The notes beneath the pieces are model-generated. The model saw only the letters and a list, made by a program, of their open reading frames with translations. It was not told the origin of the DNA and searched no databases. A DNA stretch of 63,389 nucleotides, counting the filler, from Choristocarpus tenellus KU-1152 (Eukaryota > Protista > Phaeophyceae): the NCBI GenBank assembly GCA_964200185.2. It is 9 parts of 9 records of this genome, joined end to end, with 100 filler letters (N's around TTAATTAATTAA, not from the genome) between each part and the next. Parts side by side here need not be neighbours in the genome. Positions count along the whole stretch, not along the records: positions 23,641 to 37,169 come from CAXNAD020001457.1; positions 37,270 to 41,353 come from CAXNAD020016305.1; 7 more parts are not named here. One strand, 5' to 3'. Position 1 is the first letter of the stretch, and the number at the start of each line of letters is the position of its first letter. A program made the position numbers and the translations under genes. Positions 25,411 through 37,390 of this stretch are shown here, piece by piece.

Positions 25411-28400
25411 TCATTTCTTGATATCGGATGATGTGGTGCTTGCAGAGAGCGCGGCTCCTTCCCTGAAGCAGTTTGCAAATTCCTTGTATGTGTTTAGGCC
25501 AGTTTCTGCTCCAATTTTCTCCATCCACACTTGGTCTAGAAAGTCTCGAGATTCTTGACTCAGCCTGTTGTGGTATAAAGGGTTAGCCCACATAGTTGGT
25601 CGGGAAAAGTGGTAATGTTGTGACACTCCCTCCTGCACCATCCGCTCAAATCCAAGAAAATATGGGCCTTTGATATGGAAAATCCTCTTCTCAGTACTGT
25701 TACGCAAGACCTGCAGTATGTTCTAACGCCACTGATGATGCTTGAGGGTACTATGGAGTGCAAGAGCCTTGGATTTCTCAGAAAGGCAGTGATAGAAAAA
25801 TGCACCACAGGCGACACAAACTCAGGAACACTTGGGATACAACTGCTGGCAGAACAGGCATCACAACTTAACACGGGTTGGAAAAAAGCAACAACTCCTA
25901 CATGGGCAACCATAGACACAAATGTAGAAACCCACCCCACCAGAAAAAAACAATAAATAACTTCTTCCATCTACTGTGCTTCAGCTATCATTGTACAAAG
26001 CCACAACATACCTTGTCTCTCGAAAAAGAAAAAATGAATCAATAACTAGAGGGTTTAAAAACTGGGCTATTGATACTATACACAGAAAAGGATCAAAGCA
26101 CTTAACCTCAGCGGCAATCACACAGTTGCCAGAGGCTAAAAATATCTCGAGGGAAAAAAGCTATCCCTACCATCTTGTGGATGTCAAATCTTACTCCAGG
26201 TATCTTCCCTTCTTGTACTCCATGAAGCTCTTGAGAGTAGCGCTCTACCATCCTTTACCAGCCTCTACCATCAGTATGAAGGCCTACATGATACATAATG
26301 GAAACAACGGATATTGTACAACGTTCCTGCTGGACATTCTACATCCAGTCTGTCTCACCTGTCATTTTTCTTATTATTCACAAGGGAGCCATTATAAAAT
26401 ATTTTACCATGCTTTTGCATTTGAGCAGAAAGCCAGCTCTCATCGAATTTTTCGGAGTGAGCCATCATAAACTGTTTGCTGGATGCCTCAGCCACCTGAA
26501 TGGAAATAAGGAATGAATGCAATGAAATTCAAAAAGAGAAGAAAGAAAAACAGTAATCAAAACAGAAGCTGAACATTGACAATAAATTACTTCACCTTGT
26601 GAGAACAGATACTAAGAAAAAAATCAGTACCATACACCCATAGCATGTACTCGCAAGCACACTAAAGATACGTGCTATTACCACATGACGTTGGAAAGAA
26701 TCATGTGCTTCCAAAACACTATGACAACAAGGGTCGGTACTTGACATCATCCTTCCACACCATTTCATAAACATGCTCGTAGAAGTGATACGTTGTGTCA
26801 TATAACAAGTACAGCTGTTCAACGTATCTACTTTTACACTTGATTTTGGGTAAATCTTCTTGGAGTGGAGGAAAGAACAGGATAAACTCGTGGGCCTAGG
26901 GGACTTGTTTTCGTCTCTCTTGTTAAGCCCTTTTGAGGCAGTCACTCACAGGATAGGGCTGACAGTGGGTCATACCACAAATTGAAGGTGTTGTAACTAT
27001 AATTTACAGCGTGTAACCTGTTTCTTTGGCAACTCTTGGTCTGATTTTCTTTCAGGCTAGGATTCCGTCACAAAAGGCTTATCTTGAGGCACAACCAAAG
27101 GAGAAGTGCTGGAGAGGGAGGCAGATCGAGCCCCCATTCAATGCAGTACACATGTACATCGTTCCTTCACTATTTTTTACTCAATCGATTGTACTCAGAG
27201 ATTGGTTCTGAAAAATACGTTTTGGGGTAGAAAAACTTGATACTCTCAGGCCTTGAAGTCAGTCTTAGTCCACATGAGCAACAAGTTGGAACTGCACTGG
27301 AAACTGTTTCACCACTCTAAAGTGTCACACATAGAATCACAAAGAAAAAGACATATGCTCCAAAAAGGATTGCCTGGACTTCACACTCCTACATGATATG
27401 ATTGCGTGCATTTCTCAGTTCCCTTAAAAGAGTACAAGCAAAGCATTGTACTGGAAACAAAGGGATAATCTCAATGCGTCCCAATCAAAAGACTCCCAAA
27501 GCCTCAGGTCTGGTGTGTCCATTGAGCAAGTCTACATTTTGCTGACTGCCAATTGGTGACAGCAAGGTTGAGTTTGAGATGCTCACCGTGTCTAGGAAGG
27601 CGTCGTCACGGACCAGTCCCATGAAGGCTGCAATCTTCGGCAGTGTACCCCTCAAGTCCTTGACCATGTCCTCAAACACTAAAAATAGTATCTGAAGCGA
27701 GGGTCACAATACAAGTAAAACTATTGAATCAAGATATCAAAAAGGCACACTCTTAGGGGGCCCACCTCATCATCGGGCACCACCTGAGAAGTGTAGCGTC
27801 TGCAAGTCAATCCGAACATCCCCTATCCATACTAGAGTTAGCCTGGATAAAAGAGCAATACCCAGGGCATAGAGGGCAAAATTTGAAAAAAAAGCGCAAA
27901 AACAAATTGAGCTCAATACCAGCAGAATGGTCTGCGGGTCACACTAAGTCAAGAGTGTGCATTCCTACCCTAACCCTAACCCAATCTGTACAACCCTCAT
28001 ATAGACAGATATCAATATCAGTCTTGCCATGACTCACACCTGTGGCACATTCCGGCAAATCCAGAATTCGTTATAGTAATCCTGCAAGAGATGGTACAAT
28101 AATGCACAGAGAATGTCAGCAAAGCACAATGGATAGTCAGGTGAATTTCCTGTCAGAGAGATTGTCAAATGCAATAGAGCAGCAAATATCCTCTCAAATT
28201 CCAGTTGGGCTGTGAAGGCAAGTTGACAAAGCGTGCTCTATTATACCTATGATCTAAATTGTATACAAGTAAGAAAGGATAATGTGCTGCAGCTGTTAAT
28301 GTGGGAAGGACCCTGAACACTTTCTTATCATAACAAACTTGAAAACAGTAACTATTCAACACGCAGGTGATAGTGATTTGAATTTAAGCTGAGAGGAGAC

Positions 28401-31400
28401 CTGTATTAATGGTTATTGTCAGATCAGATTGTTTCGATCTTGATCTCTGGATGTACTAATGAATCTCAAGTAGACAAACTAGTGTTTCATTTGCAGAGTG
28501 CCCACTGTATTCATGCTATAGCCAGCTTAACTACTTCAAGAATGTACAATATTAAGAAGGGGTGTTTCTCGGTTATTTCCCCAAATGTTTGATACACCTA
28601 GAGAAGTGTCAATATAGCTATGTACAATTATATAGCTCATCCTTTCATATGCATTGGAGTTCTACTTAGCAACCAAGGCAAGGGAAAACTATGACCCAAA
28701 TTGCAAATACTGCCCACAATCACAATTAATCACGGATTGCTGAGGACAAAAATTGTGGGAAAGGATTAGGGGGTTCAGTATGAAGCGAACTGGTGAAGGG
28801 GTAAGCTGACCAGTGCCGTTGATAACTTCTTTCATAGACATCCATACCAACCACCGCACCACCTCTACAGTTCATGGTCTGATTTAGAGGTCATAGCAGA
28901 CCAGCATGTATGGTATCAGTATGGACGCATAGAAGTCATTGATCTCCTACAGGTAGTATCGGATACACACATGTTCCTCCACATTATGTCTACATGTTGA
29001 ACTACTCTTCTACACGCAGAACGTGCACACCATTAGTCATCTAGCAGAACCCTCTCAACATACAGCTGGTGCGTAAGTCAATTGTGGAGACATAGATCTT
29101 TCACCTCATTGCTCTGCTGGAACACCATATTGGAGTCCTAGCCCTTTCATAACTGTTACCAAGCACATGCAGAATATCTAGTCACTTTTCATTCATCGCC
29201 ACCCATAAGCACAAATCAAGCTAAACACGCCTTTTAATAGGCAGCAGAACCACAACACTGATGCATGGTTTCAGCTATGTCAGGGACCTTAACAGAAACT
29301 CAAACTGCTTATTATGAGAGGCATGCCAGTCATGTTAAGTAGTGTTTGCCATGGTAGCTCAAACTTGGACAGCAAAAAGAAACACATGAGGCGAGGTCGA
29401 TGAGGACAATGGCAGCGCAATAAAAACCCACCAAAAACTGTGTTGACTTTGCAGACCATTCAAAGTTTAGCCTGCACTATATGTGTGCATGCGAAAAGAG
29501 ACATTTGAGAAATGTGGACAGGTGATGTCACATCAATACTTGGAGAAACACATCATTCGTGGATCCCTCCAGTGCTTCTACATAGGCTGCTACAGGTGCT
29601 CAGTTCTTGAATGTCTCATGCTCTATCATAAATCACCATCACAACAGAGACTCTTTCTTGCTTTCAATGTTGCTACCCATTTAAAGGGAAAAAACTTGCC
29701 CACATTTTGTGCTTTTGGGACACAAACTTGGAAGCCGTGTACTACATCAAAGTACTATCCCTATTGCCTCTTGTTCAACAGCAATACAATGTTCCACCAT
29801 ATAGACAAGCTGTACGCTCTCCTTGCCGTCTTTGATACCAAGAGTGCTGCTGGGAAACAGCCAATGGTGTCGTGTTCTATTGACTACTGCACTGAGGACA
29901 TGAAGGCGCCATTGGCGTGTCATTCTCATTTCCAAGATAAGATGCTTTGCAATTAAACCCTATTATCCATGCTATGTGTACATTTACAAGCAATACAAGC
30001 ACCAACCAATATGACAGAGTGATAGTGATAGCAAGGAGGAGCGAGAGAGAGAGAGAGAGAGAGAGGAAAAAAGAAAAAGAAAAACCTAAATCACATTCAA
30101 ATATTTCAGAAATATGTTCAACAGTAGAGTAGACTACCCAGATGGCGAGTTCCTAACAAAGTGGAGCACCAAAGGGAATGCCACTATCATAGGAACACCC
30201 CTGCACACGGAGAGAATAAAATGGCAACAAAAGTCATCTGCACCAGTAACTTCCCCCAAGTTTACTGACACCAATCACATTAATTTGACTTGCAACATAC
30301 ACACATCCATGCAGGTGTGCAATCAAGGAATTTATTTATCTGCAAGACAAGTGGGGTACATAAGGACTCTAGGCGTGGAGGCATTTGTTCCACGGCAGCG
30401 ACCGAGGCAATGAGTCATAAACCCTTATCATTTTACTGCAAAGTGGTCCAACAGTTGGCCTGTTTTTAGCACCGAGGTTCTAGAGCACAAATCAGAGGTG
30501 TTGTGGTATATTTTCCAGTATCAGGTAAAAAGAGAAAATGGTGAGTTTTGCTTGCATTTTTGAGCAATAGTTTGGGAAAGTGGAACTTGCCAATCATGCC
30601 GTTGAATATGGTACTTCACACAAATCACCTCAAAGAAGGGTCTTAAAAATATGCTTGTATAAGGTGATGCCTGCAGCTAATGTGTATCATGTTGAATCAC
30701 TACGAGTTTTTCTTCAAAGGGCACTAAAATTGACTGCCAAACTTATCGTAATGTCTCCAAACATATCCTAGATCGGCTTACTACAATGTTCATGGCAAGA
30801 GTGGTTACTACATGAAAACTGTGGTCCCCTAAACAGGTCAATATGGGAGTGATTACTAGTGCCTAAGAAACACACTCTACTGCACAAGATGAGGCGGACT
30901 TTTGGGGTTAGCACTTTTTTGCATCAATACTGGGACCTACTATAATAGCAATCACAGTATTCATTTGACAGCAGCATACACACACACCCAAACGCTCTTC
31001 CAAGGGCTCCAACAGACTTATCTCACCCATATATTGGCACCAAATAACATTTCTTCCATCACAATGGGATGCTCGACGAAGTCGTCAATGGTCCCTGTCA
31101 GCGTAGATGGATGCTTCTTCTCCGAATTAAAGGCCCACCTGGTATGAGGATTTGGTACTGTGAGTGTTGGGATTCACTTACGTGAACATAATATACGATA
31201 ACTATATATCCCTAACATGCACTGGGTCGCATTTTTCTGATGAGACATCATGCCCTGAAACAAACAAGCATTGTTTCGTGGCTGCCTAAATCAAAACATT
31301 CAGGATCCCAGCACCCTTCATCAAAATTACAGTAACCTAGTTCTTCTGAACACCCAAAACCTTTAAACTACAGCTGCAGGTATTGGTGGAAAAGGACATC

Positions 31401-32261
31401 ATACTTCACGTCTTCTCTCAGAAGACCACAGACCAAACAGATTGAATATCAGACATGCACCTACACCAAGGAAGAGAAGAGCTATGCTGCAGAGGGGCTC
31501 ACCATGACTCGATCACTGACACGGGATCCCGCACAACGGCAATGTAACGTGCTCCTCGCCAGACTGCGGCCAGTCGCTGGTGGCTCTTGAAACACCGAGG
31601 TTCTCCAAGTTGTTCAGCATTAGTATCCAAACCGATTTGTTGAGTGAGGTGTGGCCATGGGACAACCTGTTCTAAGATTAGTTGACCAGGAAAAAATCTA
31701 TCAAGCAACTGCGTTGGACTTGTGAGGCACCACACATTATTACTCAAGGACGGGAAAACATCATGCGGGAGAAAAAACCTCGAGGCGAAATTATGAATCT
31801 TGTCCAGTACCTGAATTATGTCATCGAAGTCCATATGCGGAGGAGAGGGCATCCTTAGCTGGTGCAATATCTGTTGAAGCCATGTCGTCCCAGTCTTGGG
31901 TGCTGTCACGAGGATAATATCCTGAAGACACCAAAGGAAATTGAAAAACGCTTATCAACTCGGGTTATCATTCAACAGTTGATGGACAGAACCTGTTGCT
32001 GCCAGACAGGTGAGATGACCCACTGTTACTCACTAGACATGTATGAATGAAACCTAGCACAGATTGGTTGACGAGGAGTCTAGAGTGGTCCTTGAGGAGT
32101 TCGATACATTCGTTTGATCGACGTTCCTCGTCCTCATCAACAAATTATACATTCCTTCTTCAGTAACTCACTGTTTCCCTCGTGACAAGCGTCCCAAGTG
32201 GATTCCCATCGGGTGACTTGGCCTCTCGCTGCCCGACTAATTCCGTTAATGGGTCGCTCAT
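25411..32261 (-). CDS. PAPS-dependent sulfotransferase (Sulfotransfer_1 / cytosolic SULT fold)
   Basis: Exons 32261-32172, 31921-31811 (5'-PSB loop TAPKTGTTWLQQI), 31666-31503 (PRCFKSH; 3'-PB YIAVVRDPVSVIESW), 31138-31027, 28081-28040, 27691-27587 (ILFLVFEDMVKDL..IAAFMG), 26495-26408 (SSKQFMMAHSEKFDE) and 25564-25411. One short phase-1 to phase-2 exon between the last two is unresolved. Confidence 0.92.
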
Positions 32262-32440
32262 CTCCTCCTCGGCTTCTTTACCCTTACTTACACCTTCTTT
32301 CACCTTCACAAGTTTTTGTATTGTATGTTGCCAAGTATTGTAGAATTTCCCCTTTATGTTCTATTCAATGCTATACTAAAGTAAACACATAATTCATAGG
32401 GGGACGGATATAAATAGGATATATTATCCACATACATATA

Positions 32441-32510
32441 TATAGTTTTCATTGGTTTCCCCCCTGACACATCTGCAAAATGTCAGAGGGTATAATAATA
32501 AATATAATAT
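32441..32510 (+). repeat. SINE/LINE 3'-end-like repeat copy upstream of the sulfotransferase
   Basis: TATAGTTTTCATTGGTTTCCCCCCTGACACATCTGCAAAATGTCAGAGGGTATAATAATAA is the reverse complement of the 5187/23440 copies. Confidence 0.75.
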
Positions 32511-33801
32511 CCCAAAAACGTGGAATGGAGGTTTGTTGTTATACCTTTATCTCACTCAGTATGATATATGCTGGTATACCAATTGAGGGTATTTTCTAAG
32601 AACTTCGGTTGAACTGTGTGAAGGATTTCAGAGGGATAGATTTCTGTCTTCTCGTAACGTCTCTATACAAGCAGGTTTTTCCGAAGGTGGATCTCCCATC
32701 TCTGAAGGGTTTCTTTTGAAACTCATCCAAACCGTGATCCTCCTCACTTTCTCAGTTCCCCCACCTTTTCCTGCGAGTTCTTGTCATCTTGCATTTGTCC
32801 AACCTTAACCTCGTCCTCTTGGTTACGGTTCATCTTCGTCCGTCTGATATGTCTTGTCCAGTTATTCTCTTCACCACCCTTGCCTGAGGGAATCATGCCA
32901 CCACAGAATCACAGCATTCATAAAACCAAGTGTTTCTAGCAAGACATGGAGTATGAAAAGAGTTGAGTCGAGGAATGTATGGATGGTCAGGATCAGTTGA
33001 TCAAGAAGAGAATTGTCCACAAGAGTAGGCAGGGATGAGTTGCTACTAAAAGGTGCAAAACCAATAGTGTACACGCGTGGGGAACCCCAAAAGGGGGAGC
33101 TCCAATTTGCTAAAAAGATGCAGAATAAAATATGTAACTCGGGAATATCGCAAGGGTTCTCAGATATATTCCAATGTTTGTAAACCAAAGAAGCCCCAAC
33201 GATAAATGATGATAGGAGATCCTAGAAACGGCTCCAAATGGCTCAGTTCGGGTCTAAAGAGACCCACCTAAGGCACTCTCTATATCTGATATCACAAATA
33301 TTTCTTACGCTGATTGATTCGTTGAGAGTACCCCTGTTCTGCTGAGCTGACATTCGTAAACCTGTGGATTGAAGCTACCCATCCTATGGAGGTAAGTTTC
33401 TGGAGCTTGCTTGTAACATGAAGGTCCTACCTGGTCTCTACAAATGGGATAGAGTACTCAGCATTCACCTCGACACTTAGGATTCTTGATAGCTCCATAC
33501 AATAGCCTGGATTTTTTATTTCCTACTTAGTTTTGTGGTCTCCCTGGATGGTTTTGGAACGCTTTGACCGGCTACAGGATTTTCTTCTGCTTGGCCTCGT
33601 CGTCTCCTTGGGTGATCTTGGAACATTGGCTCCACCTCCTAACTTGGAGGGAGGGCCTAGCGTGACCACATCTGCGGCTCCAAGGGAAACATCATACACC
33701 TATAGTTGTAAACGAGTGGTTTCTGGCCACCATGATATAGACATTGCCTTGGTAGTTTTTTTCCTCCATTTGTATACTCACATCCCCAATCTGTTTTTCA
33801 T

Positions 33802-36800
33802 GTGTCACGTTGTTCTTTTATTCCCCAGGTATACCCTTGCTCACAGTATTCGCAGGAAGTCAAGGTTGTCTCTGATGCACAGATTCTCCAAGGAATCGAT
33901 GACTTAGCGAGATTCCAGCCCAGTACCACACCTCGAAGGAATTCTGGTCACAACCGTGGCTGCTCTGCTGATCGCTGTAACAGCCGCAGGGAACACGTTC
34001 GTTTTCAATGTTCCACTCGTGACAGATCTCGCCCCAGGTTGAGATCTTGGGATAGGCACTCCCATCGAGACAGACGGAGGACCAGAGACGAGCACAGAGG
34101 CCGCACCCGTTCGCCTAGACGTCACCATCGGACCAGGGACTATTCGCCAAACAGGTCTGTATCACCCTGGATATTTCAGAGGAATAACCTGAGTACAGTA
34201 TGTCAATCCAGAGAGGTTGAAGCACAGCTGAGTGAAAGTATCTTAGAGGGTACACGTTTTTCCCTGTTTGTCCATTTCAGGCTTGGCTTTCAACGAGTTC
34301 TTAATGATATTTTACCTACTCCAAAATGTTTCGGAGTAGGTAGAATGTGTATGTTATGAAAAGGTGTGTCTGGAACAAGGATATTGACATTCCCTAACAA
34401 ACACGGTAGCCAAAATTCCATCAATATTGTAATATTGCATTTTGGTCCCCAAATGGACGCGACTCTTCCCTCTAAGATACTTTGATTCAGCTGCAACGAG
34501 GAATTCATGAGTTATGTACACGAGCTGAGTCGAATGAGTCACAAATTAATAGGCAGAAGCAAGACAGAACCTCTTGCAACCTCGACATGCGTTTTCACCA
34601 AGATTGTGTTAAAACCATGGAACGCATTCTTAAGAAAGTTGGAGACCCTGCCAATGGTCCCATTTTTCTTGGAGTACCTGCAGACACTTCAGTCCCAACC
34701 ATGTCAAACAACCTAATTTTCTTCGCTGATGCTCTGACCAAGGCGTTAGGGAGGGTTCAAGGAGGATTGTGGGCCTTACCTAAGGACTATGCCCATTATT
34801 GTAACACATCACGTCCACGCAGTGATGCCCTAACCCCTTTCCACATCGAGCTTCTCGAACTACTGTCGGACTCTCTCAGGACCCACACGATCTCCTGAGT
34901 GACTCCTCTACAGTAGAAGTCACGAGCATCACCGAACAACTCCTCCAAGTTCCTTGGGAAGACATGACGGCTATGGAGTGGGTTTGTATCCTGGTGAGAG
35001 AATGTACTCTCTCTTACAGCCAATCGAAAAACGCCGTAGGGAATATAATGGATTATTTAAGGACAGAGAGAGGGGAATCGTGGAAAGCTGCAGCCAGCTG
35101 TCTTGTCCTACACTATCGAGGGTACGCAGTAGATGCACGGATGCCTCATGTCTGCGAGGCAACTCTCTCTTTGAGGTATAGAGGTGAAGACCAACTCATT
35201 GATCTATGTGAACAAGCTCTCCCTATTCTTCTTCCCAGTGTTATAGATCAGATTGGAATACAGTCGATGGCATTTTCATTTCGCAAGGAAATTCGAAATT
35301 ATATTCGCCCACTCGCAATTTCTCAGAATAATCCTTTGGGAGATGAAATGGTACAGCGGGGAATTAAAGTAGAACGGATCTTCGACAATCTAATTGAAGA
35401 ATCGTCCAACCGTAGTGACCAGTACGCATGTGTCTCAACCAATCGCAATGCTGCAAAATCTGCGTAGTACAAGGATAAGACACCCACTGCTTAGGTAGCA
35501 TGGCTGATGCTCCTGCTATGTCTGCAGGCAAGTCCGACCCTTTGTCTGCCCCAGTTGACTCTCCGATCAGCAGACAGGAACTAGGACTGCCCTACCATAG
35601 CAGGACAGCCTCGCCAAGTGAGATGCTAGGCCAGAACCCACTGCCACACCAAGAGGTGGTGAACAGTGTGCTGGTGGCCCTCGCGCCGATGCTCCAACCT
35701 GTTTTGTCCCAAATTTCCCCGCCCACCGTCTGTGCTGCCTTGACAAACCAGCCTGCTTCTGTTCCTGGGAAACACGGGACCTCATTTGTCTCTAAGAACA
35801 ATGGACCTGCACCCGTTCGACCAGTGACACCCGCCACCCAGTCTGCACCTCGATCCATGTCTTCTTTGGCCGCAAACAGAACGAGTGACACAAGGCGATG
35901 CCACTCGAGTAAGGATTTACCTTCACCATCGGCTTCCCAAGATGAGGTTGTCGAATGGCTCAAGACACATCGAGTTTGCTTCCACCATGCTTTCGGCCGC
36001 GACTGCTTCAAGTCTATCAGCCACAGGTGCAGGTATACCCACGACAACTCCATAGTACCTATCCCAAGGTAAGCAGAGTACTACCCCAGGGAACGAGTCG
36101 CGCATGATGGTAGCCGTGACAGACTCCCATCTGCATTAACTCGCTGTGATGCAGAACTTTGAGCTTCCACCACTAGCTGCAAGCAGTCCGACCAATGCTG
36201 AGGCGTCAGAGTTGCCCTGAAGGTGCGCCCTGGAGTCTTCAGCTCCAGGGTATTTAGCCACTGTAGCCATAGGAAGCATGACTCCCACACCCACTTCAAC
36301 AATATTCGCTATGTCACCTGCCCAACGAACTAGTCAAGTATGGATATCTGCGCTGTTGTGGCACCCTCGCAAAGCCCGCTCGCGGATGCCTGTACAGATA
36401 CTCCTAGACACAGGTGCAGGAGGTGGGAACTACATTTCGTCTGCTTTTTGGCGCAGTACCACTCTCTGGGGAGGTAGCACCGGCCTGCCACATCTCAACC
36501 GGGCAAGTAGAGGTACGTTGCAAGCAGTAAATCCGAAAGGATACAATATTCCACCTATACAGGTAATAGGGTCTTGCATATTTCCAATATTGTTTCCCCC
36601 AGAGGATAGAGTCCGCAATGTGACTTTCAGAGTGGTGGAATGCCTACCTTATGGGATGATTCTGGGAGCAGCATTCTCTAGGCAACACAAGAGCATACTT
36701 TCATTTAGAGAGGGGGAAGGTTTCCGACCAGTCCCACACTCACCATGGATACCTTTTGTCCGAGCTGTGACACCCAGACCTCGTGATAACACTTCTACCC

Positions 36801-36901
36801 CTGTCAGCCCTAGAAGAATGGCAAGCATCAACGACTGCCACAACCCGACCTTCCAAGTACCACAAGATTGTCCCTTAATACCCCAGACTAGCTGGATGTA
36901 G
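33802..36901 (+). mobile_element. Decayed retrotransposon gag(ORF1)-protease region (Ty3/gypsy-like), RT/IN not present in this contig
   Basis: Intronless same-strand ORF chain 33802-34229, 34489-34898, 34964-35467, 35500-36072 (ends in a CCCH finger), then 36278-36901 with the retropepsin motif VQILLDTGAGG and a distal MILG. Broken by stops, frameshifts and a MITE. Confidence 0.75.
34230..34488. mobile_element. MITE family 1 copy inserted in retroelement ORF1
   Basis: TIRs with an AGCT target duplication. Removing the MITE and one AGCT restores ...EVEAQLQRGIHELC... in frame. Confidence 0.9.
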
Positions 36902-37390
36902 AGAACCCCCCTCTGACACACTTTTCAGGTCCCCAAGATGCACTAGTACTCCAACTGGCGAACATAAACAACCAAGGAAGGAACATGCATGGGTTTATTT
37001 ATGTAGACCCAGGAGCAGGTACCTCAGATACGGATCCAGAAGTAGGTACTGTAGCAATAGATCTTACTGAAGACAGGGTCAAAGTATCTGGTGGTGGGGG
37101 GTGGTTTGTGAGGGGGCGTCCCTTTTGTTCAAACAACCCTTTTTTTTGCTGACATTTAAAATCCGACACNNNNNNNNNNNNNNNNNNNNNNNNNNNNNNN
37201 NNNNNNNNNNNNNTTAATTAATTAANNNNNNNNNNNNNNNNNNNNNNNNNNNNNNNNNNNNNNNNNNNNAAATGGGGCAAATAAATGGGGGGGAGAAGGG
37301 GGAAAAAGGGAGGGGAGCTGGGGGGGGGGGGGGGGGGGAGACAAGGGGCACATCACAGCTGTACTGAATCATGCAGGGTATGGGTGTCAC

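Noticed and set aside
32300-33800. Possible 5' LTR and primer-binding site of the CCCH retroelement
   Set aside because: There is no second LTR in the contig and no clear TG...CA/TGG boundary.
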